A stretch of DNA of 11,802 nt from a virus, in the UHGV virus genome UHGV-0166849. One strand, 5' to 3'. Shown here piece after piece: positions 1 to 6,162 of the stretch. The translations under genes were made by a program, and so were the position numbers. The notes beneath the pieces were generated by a model that had not been told where the DNA came from, did not search any database, and saw only the letters and a list, made by a program, of their open reading frames with translations. Numbering within the stretch: position 1 is the stretch's first letter; each line of letters opens with the position of its first letter.

Positions 1-49
1 ACTTACTTCTTTATGTGATCAGTTCATATTTTTGACGCCAACGAAACAT

Positions 50-2995
50 TTAGTGCTTCCCTTCTATTAAGTCTAACCTAGCTTTTATCTTATCCATTTC
101 TCTGCGCTGCCATGCTGCCTCGATATAGAATAAGAGATCAGGTCTGACCCCCCATCTAGATCCTGCTGGCGTTATTTCAACGCGCTCAATGATGTCTTCT
201 ATTACCATCACTGGATTATCATCCTCATCAACAATGATGCTCCCGTCATTATCAGTCAGCGGCATTTCCCTTTGGCCAGTAATGACGTCATCATATACTG
301 CGGGATAATCGTCATAGCAAAGAAAGGCATAGCGGCATGTTGTGCTTTCTTCTTCCATGAGTCCGTGAGAAATAAGAACATCACGAAGTTGCTGCGCGAT
401 TACACCATGATGTATCCTCGCCCCTTCTTCCCCCTTTATAGCGACAGCGTTCAGCCATTTATAAGCGATATACCTGACGTCACCCCAGGCATCCAGCAAT
501 GCTTCGTCAGGAGAGACCGGCTCTGTCTTTAATGTTCCGTCACTGGTAACCACAGGATTGGAGCCAAGATAAACTATCGAGAACCTGTTTCCCGGACCAC
601 CAAGAGCATTTACATTATCAAGATAAGGTTTAACATCTCCGTTCTCAAAAAGATGTTCGAGTGCGTTATATACCGCGCGACGTGGAGTACTGCTTCTGGA
701 ACCATGCAACGTTATCATTGCACCATCTGCTGAAGACGTTGTTTCACCGCCGCTAACGATTAATCTCTGAGCGGTAACATCATCAGACGGTACTTTCTTC
801 GCAATAATGGCGTAATTACCCTCAAGTTTGACTTCCGCGCGAACTTGTCCTGATGTACCTGCATGGACAGTCAGTGACTGGACGGCAACATCATCTGTGA
901 AATCAACGGGTACAGGAACCGTCCTCACGCCTGACGTCGACATAAAAGTAGGAAGCGTTCTGTTAGGAGTGGCTCCGTAGACAAAATCCCTTGAAACAAA
1001 TTCTTCCTGTTTAATTTTCACCCTGAAACAATACAAATCAGCCGGGTGACCATCGTGAACATAAGGATATTTTCTGTTGTTATCCCCTATGCTCCATGGG
1101 TTTAGAAAATCTTCCCCACCGAAAATGTAGTACAGCCAGTTGTCTTTGATACAAACTGAACCAACACCAACCGCAGAGTTAACTATTCCGCCCTGATAAA
1201 TCTGATCAGTAACATTAACCCACTCTACATTATCCAGACTCCACTCATTGACGTTAACTCTGGTCATAAATGTTCTTGGATAATTTCCTGCATAACGGTT
1301 ATCAGGTTCTCCTCCTTCCCACTCACCAAATGCGCGCTCACTGCCAAAAATAACCAGCTCATCGCCAACTTTGGCAAAAGGAAGGTTTGAGTGATGAACA
1401 TTATTTGGGAAGCGAAGAGAATTCCATGATGTACCTAAATCAGAGCTTCTGTGCAATGAACTACCGGGTTGAGTACTTAATGTCCCCCTGGTCGTCAGAT
1501 ACAGAATGCCATCATAATATTTTACACATGGCTCAGATGCATTCGCCTCATATTCTGCAGGTATGCGTCTGCGAACAAAGCTACCAGGAGAACCGAAAGC
1601 ATCAGAGAAATAGAGTATCCCAAGCTCGCGTGGACCAATATCACCATTATGGTAGCCAACAGCAAAACTGTTATCGCTAATCGTCGCAAAACTGTGAATC
1701 TCAGTAACAGGAGTGCTTCCGTCAACAAAAGAAGGAATAGTTCCAAGACTGGTTTTTCTCCATGGTGACGAGTGAAATGATGTGCCAAAACTCCAGTATC
1801 TACCCTCGTTATTCTGATCCACATCCTGGGTATTTTGCGTCGTAACTGTAAAGGTATTTTTATCAATAACAGTAGTCACCGTCATATTCCCGGTAACATC
1901 TGTAACACCAGAGTTTGAGAAGTTGACAAAATCACCAGCAAATAATCCGTGATCAGTAATGCGAATATAAGCGACTTGCTGATTTGCTGCTTTCGTTATA
2001 CCACCATAAACGCGAAGGCTGCGACTCATTGGGCGATCCCACAACTCTGCAACCTGCAGTTTATTTCCTCTCACGGTCCGCGTCTCAATTACAGCAAAAA
2101 GGCGATTTCTGACAACCCCCATACTCATGCAGTGATAGTTAACTGTGGGATAGTTTTCATGTAAATCTGTAAGCCATTCCGGCGTTGTCCAGGTCTTCCC
2201 GTCATCTCCTGAGCGAACCCATGCAACATGGAGGTTATTTACACCATGGCGGTCTCCAGCCATAAAAGGCGCATAGATGACATTGTCATATACAAACGTT
2301 TTATCCTGCGTCCAGGCGTTGTACCACGGTGTATCTGTAATTTTAAATAACTCTCCCTGGATAAAATCTTCAGAAGCATAAAAAAGAGGCTGACCCGGTA
2401 TTCTCTCAAATAAAAAACGAGCATTTTTAAATCGACTGACATCTGGAAGAGTTGATACTTTAAAAGTAAGCCCTCGCCCATCTATCTTTTCACCACCTGT
2501 TGCAACAGAAAGTAATTCTGATAGAGCTGATGTATCATCATGAACACCATCACCAATAGCCCCCCAACCTCTTACATCATAACTGTCTCTCCATCTTGCT
2601 ATCTGAAGTTTTGGGTATTTATTCGCTCCATCTGGGTCTTCTAATTGCCGCCGTAACTGATCAGGATCATACTTCAGCACATTAGGAAAATAAAACTGCT
2701 GTGAACCATATGCATCGTACACAGCCATAGAGTGACCTTGCACAGTTACGAACTTGGCAATCTGTCCGTTATATACCGGATATCCAGCAGCGTTAATGAT
2801 GATTGGTTGCGAAACAGGAACGTGAGAGCCGTCTTCGTTCTCCACATAAGCCTGAATCTGGTTTTCAGGATTTACCGGGTCAGTGTCAATTTTACCGATA
2901 TAAATTTTGCCATTGGCTACAGCTTTAAAAGAACGCGCCATAGTGAAGAGTTGCGAAGGCATGCTGACCACAACATTTGCGGTGATATCTGTCAT
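50..2995 (-). CDS. Tailspike protein (981 aa): P22 gp9-type head-binding N-domain + sialidase-like domain with Asp-boxes + C-terminal intramolecular chaperone-like domain; probable endo-N-acetylneuraminidase (endosialidase)
   Basis: Full-length ORF in track. N-terminus [11 protein letters not shown]...[22 protein letters not shown]...ENEDGSHV...NVLKYDPDQ closely matches my memory of the P22 tailspike head-binding domain. Two Asp-box motifs are read directly: SGDDGKTW (aa 262-269, nt ~2189-2212) and SSDLGTSW (aa 517-524, nt ~1424-1447). The C-terminal ~160 aa (motifs [25 protein letters not shown]) resemble endosialidase/tail-fibre C-terminal chaperone domains. SD GGAG lies 8 nt upstream of the ATG at 2995. 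Confidence 0.85.
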   Translation of the reverse strand: MTDITANVVVSMPSQLFTMARSFKAVANGKIYIGKIDTDPVNPENQIQAYVENEDGSHVPVSQPIIINAAGYPVYNGQIAKFVTVQGHSMAVYDAYGSQQFYFPNVLKYDPDQLRRQLEDPDGANKYPKLQIARWRDSYDVRGWGAIGDGVHDDTSALSELLSVATGGEKIDGRGLTFKVSTLPDVSRFKNARFLFERIPGQPLFYASEDFIQGELFKITDTPWYNAWTQDKTFVYDNVIYAPFMAGDRHGVNNLHVAWVRSGDDGKTWTTPEWLTDLHENYPTVNYHCMSMGVVRNRLFAVIETRTVRGNKLQVAELWDRPMSRSLRVYGGITKAANQQVAYIRITDHGLFAGDFVNFSNSGVTDVTGNMTVTTVIDKNTFTVTTQNTQDVDQNNEGRYWSFGTSFHSSPWRKTSLGTIPSFVDGSTPVTEIHSFATISDNSFAVGYHNGDIGPRELGILYFSDAFGSPGSFVRRRIPAEYEANASEPCVKYYDGILYLTTRGTLSTQPGSSLHRSSDLGTSWNSLRFPNNVHHSNLPFAKVGDELVIFGSERAFGEWEGGEPDNRYAGNYPRTFMTRVNVNEWSLDNVEWVNVTDQIYQGGIVNSAVGVGSVCIKDNWLYYIFGGEDFLNPWSIGDNNRKYPYVHDGHPADLYCFRVKIKQEEFVSRDFVYGATPNRTLPTFMSTSGVRTVPVPVDFTDDVAVQSLTVHAGTSGQVRAEVKLEGNYAIIAKKVPSDDVTAQRLIVSGGETTSSADGAMITLHGSRSSTPRRAVYNALEHLFENGDVKPYLDNVNALGGPGNRFSIVYLGSNPVVTSDGTLKTEPVSPDEALLDAWGDVRYIAYKWLNAVAIKGEEGARIHHGVIAQQLRDVLISHGLMEEESTTCRYAFLCYDDYPAVYDDVITGQREMPLTDNDGSIIVDEDDNPVMVIEDIIERVEITPAGSRWGVRPDLLFYIEAAWQRREMDKIKARLDLIEGKH

Positions 2996-3051
2996 TTAAT
3001 TTGCTCCAGATACAAGGAATCGCCGCAGCGTGGCTACGGTGAATTTTGGGC

Positions 3052-3079
3052 ATAAAAAAACCCAGCCGAAGCTGGGTCG
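3052..3079 (-). terminator. Rho-independent terminator between ant and the tailspike gene (t_ant-like)
   Basis: On the + strand: A7 run (3054-3060), then a 7-bp stem ACCCAGC/GCTGGGT with loop CGAA (3060-3077). Read on the minus strand this is a hairpin followed by a U7 run, 19 nt downstream of the ant stop. Confidence 0.6.
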
Positions 3080-3095
3080 TTGCGTTGTTTATCTG

Positions 3096-4019
3096 TCAGT
3101 AGTTATGTACTGAAGGAGGTAATTCTTTGTTCTTAAGTCTTATCCATGCTGAAAGGTTTGTTGGTCCGTCTGGCTCATTAATATCAACATCTCGTGTATG
3201 GTTGATTAAAACATCTCTCGCCATTCCGATAACATACGAGAACTCATAACCGCAGTCATGACATCTGCCGGAATAGTTCGATTGAATTTGTTTCAGCGCC
3301 GGATACAGTTCGCGGAATAATGCCTGTGAGCGGTTGGCATAATCCCATAGCCATACAAGGCTGTTTGCTTCTTTTGCAGAAAGCTCGTTGGTTTTCTTCT
3401 CTTGTTTGCCAATGAACTCACCTTCAAGTGGAACTCGAGCTGCAAGTGATAGTGCTTCGGTAAACTGCTCCTCACTGATTTCTTTGTACGAACATCCAAA
3501 ATGGGATTTCAGTGACGACCACATGGTGATCATCGCCTTAGCCCGTTTTTCTTTTGGCAGAGACTGACCGCGACTCATGACGAGTTGTTTAATGGCTTCC
3601 TGCTGTTCAGTGGTGATTTTACCCGGCAACGCCTTTTTAGCTTTGCGTGGGTTAACTACATAGCCTTTAGTCCAGTACTCGTAGAGCACATCGTCACACT
3701 CTTCCTGATACTGGATTACCTTGTCGCGGATTTCAGGGCGGACTTTGTTTGGCTGAATGCTTGAAAGCCAAGCCGCAAACTTACGAAAGGCAAGGCATAT
3801 CATTAACTGTTTACCGCCAGCAGAAGGTATTTCGATTTCCGAAATACCTTTGACAAATCTCTGTTTTAATTTAACAAATTGAGCAGCCCAAACCATACCC
3901 ATGCCTTCTACAACGGGTTTCATAGGAACGTAAGGTTCATTGTTAATGCTGACCAAAAAGAGATTTGTTCCGTGGAATGGAACGTTGATTGTATGTTCTG
4001 CAATTGCTACACTCGTCAT
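3096..4019 (-). CDS. ant: Antirepressor Ant (307 aa), AntA/Bro-N-like N-terminal domain
   Basis: ORF in track. Sits downstream of arc and upstream of the tailspike, as in P22 immI. N-terminal region (..VPFHGTNLFLV...PMKPVVEGMGMVWAAQ..KL) looks like phage antirepressor N-domains. SD AGGA ~8 nt upstream of the ATG at 4019. Confidence 0.75.
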   Translation of the reverse strand: MTSVAIAEHTINVPFHGTNLFLVSINNEPYVPMKPVVEGMGMVWAAQFVKLKQRFVKGISEIEIPSAGGKQLMICLAFRKFAAWLSSIQPNKVRPEIRDKVIQYQEECDDVLYEYWTKGYVVNPRKAKKALPGKITTEQQEAIKQLVMSRGQSLPKEKRAKAMITMWSSLKSHFGCSYKEISEEQFTEALSLAARVPLEGEFIGKQEKKTNELSAKEANSLVWLWDYANRSQALFRELYPALKQIQSNYSGRCHDCGYEFSYVIGMARDVLINHTRDVDINEPDGPTNLSAWIRLKNKELPPSVHNY

Positions 4020-4090
4020 GTCGTTAATTCCTATGCGTGGTTTTACGATACCGAAGCCCTGACTGTTCCCGCAGTTGGGGCTTCACTGTT
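4020..4090 (+). ncRNA. Candidate sar-like antisense RNA (~70 nt) complementary to the ant RBS and start region
   Basis: Plus-strand promoter-like hexamers inside the 5' end of ant: TTGATT (3985-3990), 17-bp spacer, TACACT (4008-4013), placing a start near 4020. Downstream is an imperfect hairpin GAAGCCC...GGGCTTC (about 4051-4081) followed by TTTTT (4085-4089). This matches the known P22 arrangement of sar RNA opposite the ant RBS. Prediction from sequence only. Confidence 0.3.
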
Positions 4091-4304
4091 TTTGTAAGTC
4101 ACTGTAGCTATAAAGCCACTGACCACTCATTTTTGATTTGATTGACTCTACTGAATCACGGCAAGGAATGATTCCACCTGACATCATTCTGATCTCCGTA
4201 AATTCACCACTCCTTATCGATTCAATGCCATCAATGTTAACTAAAGATTTACCTCTACCAAGTGCATTCTCATAGCCAATCTCATCAACCTCAATAAACT
4301 TCAT
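4083..4304 (-). CDS. Hypothetical protein (73 aa) located between arc and ant
   Basis: ORF in track. Its ATG overlaps the arc stop codon (ATGA at 4301-4304, minus strand), which suggests translational coupling. SD-like GAGGGGA upstream. No recognisable motif. As I recall P22 immI, there is no gene between arc and ant. Confidence 0.45.
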   Translation of the reverse strand: MKFIEVDEIGYENALGRGKSLVNIDGIESIRSGEFTEIRMMSGGIIPCRDSVESIKSKMSGQWLYSYSDLQKQ

Positions 4305-4459
4305 ACCGTTATCCCCTCTCTCTTCAGGCTGTCCAACACTCGCTTGTAAATCTCAGAGTTAACAGATCGCCCGTTCTCTTCAGCTACCTTGCGCACCAAA
4401 TCCAATACTTCTTTAGGCCACCGCAAATTGAACTGCGGCATTTTTCTTGCACCTTGCAT
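4301..4459 (-). CDS. arc: Arc transcriptional repressor (52 aa, ribbon-helix-helix)
   Basis: Not in the ORF track (below its size cutoff). Manual translation of the minus strand gives MQGARKMPQFNLRWPKEVLDLVRKVAEENGRSVNSEIYKRVLDSLKREGITV, near-identical in its first 40 residues to P22 Arc as I recall it (MKGMSKMPQFNLRWPREVLDLVRKVAEENGRSVNSEIYQRV...). SD AGGGGA upstream of the ATG at 4459. Confidence 0.85.
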   Translation of the reverse strand: MQGARKMPQFNLRWPKEVLDLVRKVAEENGRSVNSEIYKRVLDSLKREGITV

Positions 4460-4481
4460 GTCATCCCCTTTGTGGTATTAC

Positions 4482-4508
4482 CGTACTACTATTGAAAGCG
4501 TACTACTA
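4482..4508. repeat. Two copies of a 10-bp direct repeat CGTACTACTA (4482-4491 and 4499-4508) flanking TTGAAAG; candidate operator for Arc and/or Mnt
   Basis: Read directly from the sequence. The repeats overlap the predicted P_ant -10 and transcription start region and flank the P_mnt -35. The TAGTAG core on the opposite strand is reminiscent of the P22 arc operator half-sites. Confidence 0.4.
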
Positions 4509-4520
4509 CCGTCCTAGCAT
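4492..4520 (+). promoter_or_regulatory. Candidate P_mnt promoter, overlapping back-to-back with P_ant
   Basis: On the plus strand: -35 TTGAAA (4492-4497), 17-bp spacer, -10 TAGCAT (4515-4520). Followed by SD AAGGAG (4533-4538) and the GTG start of mnt at 4545. Confidence 0.4.
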
Positions 4521-4525
4521 GTCAA
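4497..4525 (-). promoter_or_regulatory. Candidate P_ant promoter (drives arc, orf73, ant)
   Basis: On the minus strand: perfect -35 TTGACA (4525-4520), 17-bp spacer, weak -10 TACGCT (4502-4497). Lies in the divergent arc/mnt intergenic region, as in P22. Confidence 0.45.
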
Positions 4526-4544
4526 CAAATAAAAGGAGAATGAC

Positions 4545-4787
4545 GTGGCTAGAAATGATCCGCAATTCAACGTAAGAATGCCAGATGAGATAAAACAGCA
4601 ACTTACGCATATTGCTGCAACAAATCGTCGCTCTATCAATGCTGAAATTATTGCCGCTATCCAATTGTGGATAAAGATACATAAAGAGCAGGTAATACCT
4701 TCAAGTAGTCAGCAACTGACCAAGTCAGAGAAAGAGGCTCTTGATGTGACTATTGATGTTCTACAACGTGTAAGGGATGGGAAATGA
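4545..4787 (+). CDS. mnt: Mnt repressor (80 aa, ribbon-helix-helix, Arc/Mnt family)
   Basis: ORF in track with GTG start. N-terminus MARNDPQFNVRMP...RRSINAEI matches P22 Mnt as I recall it (MARDDPHFNFRMP...GRSMNSEL). Divergent from arc, with a strong SD AAGGAG 6 nt upstream. Confidence 0.85.
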   Translation: MARNDPQFNVRMPDEIKQQLTHIAATNRRSINAEIIAAIQLWIKIHKEQVIPSSSQQLTKSEKEALDVTIDVLQRVRDGK

Positions 4788-5056
4788 AACCAACGAACAA
4801 AGAAATTTTCGAGCAAATAAAAGTACTTCCTTTCACTATTGAGCTTGCAAAGAGATATGAAGCTTATTATCCGTTTACCGAAGAGTCGATACGGATAGAG
4901 ACATATGATGAGTTTGGTCAGTGCTCTATCTGGCTTGGCTTTGAAGACCAATTTGCTATACGTGATGCTTTTGGAAATTGGAGAATGGCTACAGCTGAAG
5001 AATGTATTGATCTCAGAGGTGGCAACCTTCCAGGTTCAATGACATTAGTTAATTAA
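4784..5056 (+). CDS. Hypothetical acidic protein (90 aa), translationally coupled to mnt
   Basis: ORF in track. Its ATG overlaps the mnt stop (ATGA at 4784-4787). Net acidic (15 D+E versus 9 K+R). No recognisable motif. Confidence 0.55.
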   Translation: MKPTNKEIFEQIKVLPFTIELAKRYEAYYPFTEESIRIETYDEFGQCSIWLGFEDQFAIRDAFGNWRMATAEECIDLRGGNLPGSMTLVN

Positions 5057-5080
5057 CGGCGTACATGGCAGGTATGTAAA

Positions 5081-5266
5081 ATGAATAATAAACCAATGTC
5101 TAACGAAGAGTTGCAGCGCGAGTTAAAGAAACTTCATAAACTGGTATCACTTATCTACTCCAAGTTGCCACCAGATGCTCGACAAGCTGTTTTTGATGAA
5201 CTAACAAGAAGCGGAGATAGGGATGATCTGGATACTGCTTCTCGTATCAATAGCTACCGTTTTTAA
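5081..5266 (+). CDS. Hypothetical protein (61 aa)
   Basis: ORF in track. Weak SD (AGGT) 7 nt upstream. Its last 20 nt overlap a convergent minus-strand small ORF. Coding status uncertain. Confidence 0.35.
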   Translation: MNNKPMSNEELQRELKKLHKLVSLIYSKLPPDARQAVFDELTRSGDRDDLDTASRINSYRF

Positions 5267-5426
5267 TAGCCTCCAGAGTCGAATCGTAACGACTGCGCAT
5301 TGATTTTGCTGATTTCTCAAGCTCTTCTGCTTGATGCTTCAGTGATTCAAGATGAAGCTCTCCAAGATGGCACTTCATCACTTTGATGGTGCGTTCAAGG
5401 TTTTCCACACGTTCTTCTATGGTCAT
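5247..5426 (-). CDS. Hypothetical protein (59 aa), helical and charged; not in the ORF track
   Basis: Manual translation gives MTIEERVENLERTIKVMKCHLGELHLESLKHQAEELEKSAKSMRSRYDSTLEAIKNGSY. Strong SD AAGGA 6 nt upstream of the ATG at 5426. No obvious promoter between it and the upstream terminator, so expression is uncertain. Confidence 0.35.
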   Translation of the reverse strand: MTIEERVENLERTIKVMKCHLGELHLESLKHQAEELEKSAKSMRSRYDSTLEAIKNGSY

Positions 5427-5458
5427 GGTATTTCCTTAATCTTTAAAGTAGAGAAGAT

Positions 5459-5490
5459 AAAAAAACCCACCTGACGGTGGGTTAATTTTT
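5459..5490. terminator. Bidirectional rho-independent terminator
   Basis: A-run (5459-5465), perfect 8-bp stem AACCCACC/GGTGGGTT with loop TGAC (5464-5483), then AATTTTT (5484-5490). The A-run on one side and T-run on the other allow termination in both directions. Confidence 0.65.
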
Positions 5491-5508
5491 GCATTTACCT
5501 GGGCCATA

Positions 5509-5537
5509 TTGACTACTCATAAAATGAGATCAATATT
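5509..5537 (+). promoter_or_regulatory. Candidate sigma70 promoter for the small gene at 5574, with an inverted repeat in the spacer
   Basis: -35 TTGACT (5509-5514), 17-bp spacer, -10 AATATT (5532-5537). The spacer contains the inverted repeat CTCAT-AAAA-TGAG (5517-5529), a possible operator. Confidence 0.35.
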
Positions 5538-5573
5538 TAATCGCCCAATAACGGGTGTATGTTGAGGTATATC

Positions 5574-5753
5574 ATGGCGAAAAAACCAGGTGAAAACACA
5601 GGAAAAAACGGCGGAATATACCAAGAAGTTGGCCCACGCGGCGGTAAGAAAGACAATTTTGCAACCGTCAAGGACAACGAAAGGCTTCCACCAACAACAA
5701 AGCCAGGTCATGGCTGGGTATTGGATAAGCGAACTCCAGACAGCAAAAAGTAA
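5574..5753 (+). CDS. Hypothetical small basic protein (59 aa; alternative start at 5559 gives 64 aa)
   Basis: ORF in track. SD GAGG (5564-5567) 6 nt upstream of the ATG at 5574. Gly/Lys/Pro-rich sequence MAKKPGENTGKNGGIYQEVGPRGGKK...LPPTTKPGHGWVLD. I have a vague sense this resembles a conserved small-protein family but cannot name it. Confidence 0.55.
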   Translation: MAKKPGENTGKNGGIYQEVGPRGGKKDNFATVKDNERLPPTTKPGHGWVLDKRTPDSKK

Positions 5754-5766
5754 TACTCAAGCCGGG

Positions 5767-6132
5767 TCACTCCGGCTTTTTGATATGTCGCTCGCAGAAC
5801 TCAACAAGCCTGCTCATTAAGTAGCAGTAAGTCTCATTGGCTCTTCCTGGTTCAACATCAACACCGACCCTTGAGCAGATATCGAATGCCATGTGAGCGC
5901 ACTCATGGGCAATAGTAGATAGTTTGCCATTGAACACGCCTATCACATGCAAAACACCATTCTCGCTGCTCATTGTATGAGACGCTCCGTTGGCGTCCGA
6001 GTCATGCACGTCAACGCCAAGTTTTTGATGCAGGCGTTGCCATTCTGGAAAGTCTCTACAAAACACAATTGTACCGCTCTCAAAGAGCGGAACGAGCATC
6101 TTTGGTACGTTTCCAATGTTAACTTTTTTCAT
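5767..6132 (-). CDS. Hypothetical HExxH-motif protein (121 aa); candidate mini zinc-metallopeptidase
   Basis: ORF in track starts at a TTG at 6171. I prefer the first ATG at 6132, which has SD AGGA ~5 nt upstream. Contains HECAH (aa 76-80) with Glu residues 14 and 20 aa downstream, consistent with a zincin HExxH...E arrangement. The overlapping plus-strand translation looks non-protein-like. Confidence 0.55.
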   Translation of the reverse strand: MKKVNIGNVPKMLVPLFESGTIVFCRDFPEWQRLHQKLGVDVHDSDANGASHTMSSENGVLHVIGVFNGKLSTIAHECAHMAFDICSRVGVDVEPGRANETYCYLMSRLVEFCERHIKKPE

Positions 6133-6162
6133 GGTATCCTGCTCAAAACTAAGGAGCTTGGT

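Noticed and set aside
272-2481. Track ORFs 272-532(+), 1387-1680(+), 1522-1866(-), 1949-2164(+) and 2239-2481(-) inside the tailspike gene
   Set aside because: All lie within the 981-aa tailspike CDS, on the opposite strand or in another frame. Their translations are low-complexity or Cys/Leu-rich, with no RBS context. Treated as spurious overlapping frames.
2732-3055. ORF 2732-3055(+), 107 aa, spanning the tailspike 5' end and the ant-tailspike intergenic region
   Set aside because: Antisense to the tailspike N-terminus and running through the predicted terminator. No SD and no protein-like sequence.
3293-4097. ORFs 3293-3499(-) and 3879-4097(+) within ant
   Set aside because: Alternative-frame or antisense ORFs inside the Ant CDS. 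The 3879-4097 plus-strand frame overlaps the proposed sar-like RNA region, but I see no reason to think it is translated.
4709-4951. ORF 4709-4951(-), 80 aa, antisense to the mnt/orf90 junction
   Set aside because: Antisense to two coupled plus-strand genes. Hydrophobic and Cys-rich junk-like translation.
4545-5056. mnt plus the coupled 90-aa ORF as a type II toxin-antitoxin pair (RHH antitoxin with RelE/ParE-like toxin)
   Set aside because: The downstream protein is acidic and lacks RelE/ParE-like basic character or motifs. Mnt is a well-known immunity repressor in this context. TA status is not supported by the sequence.
5517-5820. ORFs 5517-5711(-) and 5590-5820(+) overlapping the small gene 5574-5753
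   Set aside because: The first is antisense with a Trp/Cys-rich translation and no RBS. The second is an alternative frame with a GTG start and no SD. The 5574 frame has the canonical SD.
5947-6162. N-terminal extension of the track ORF 5947-6552(+)
   Set aside because: The first 72 codons are antisense to the HExxH gene and look non-protein-like. A strong SD plus GTG at 6163 followed by a signal peptide marks the real start.
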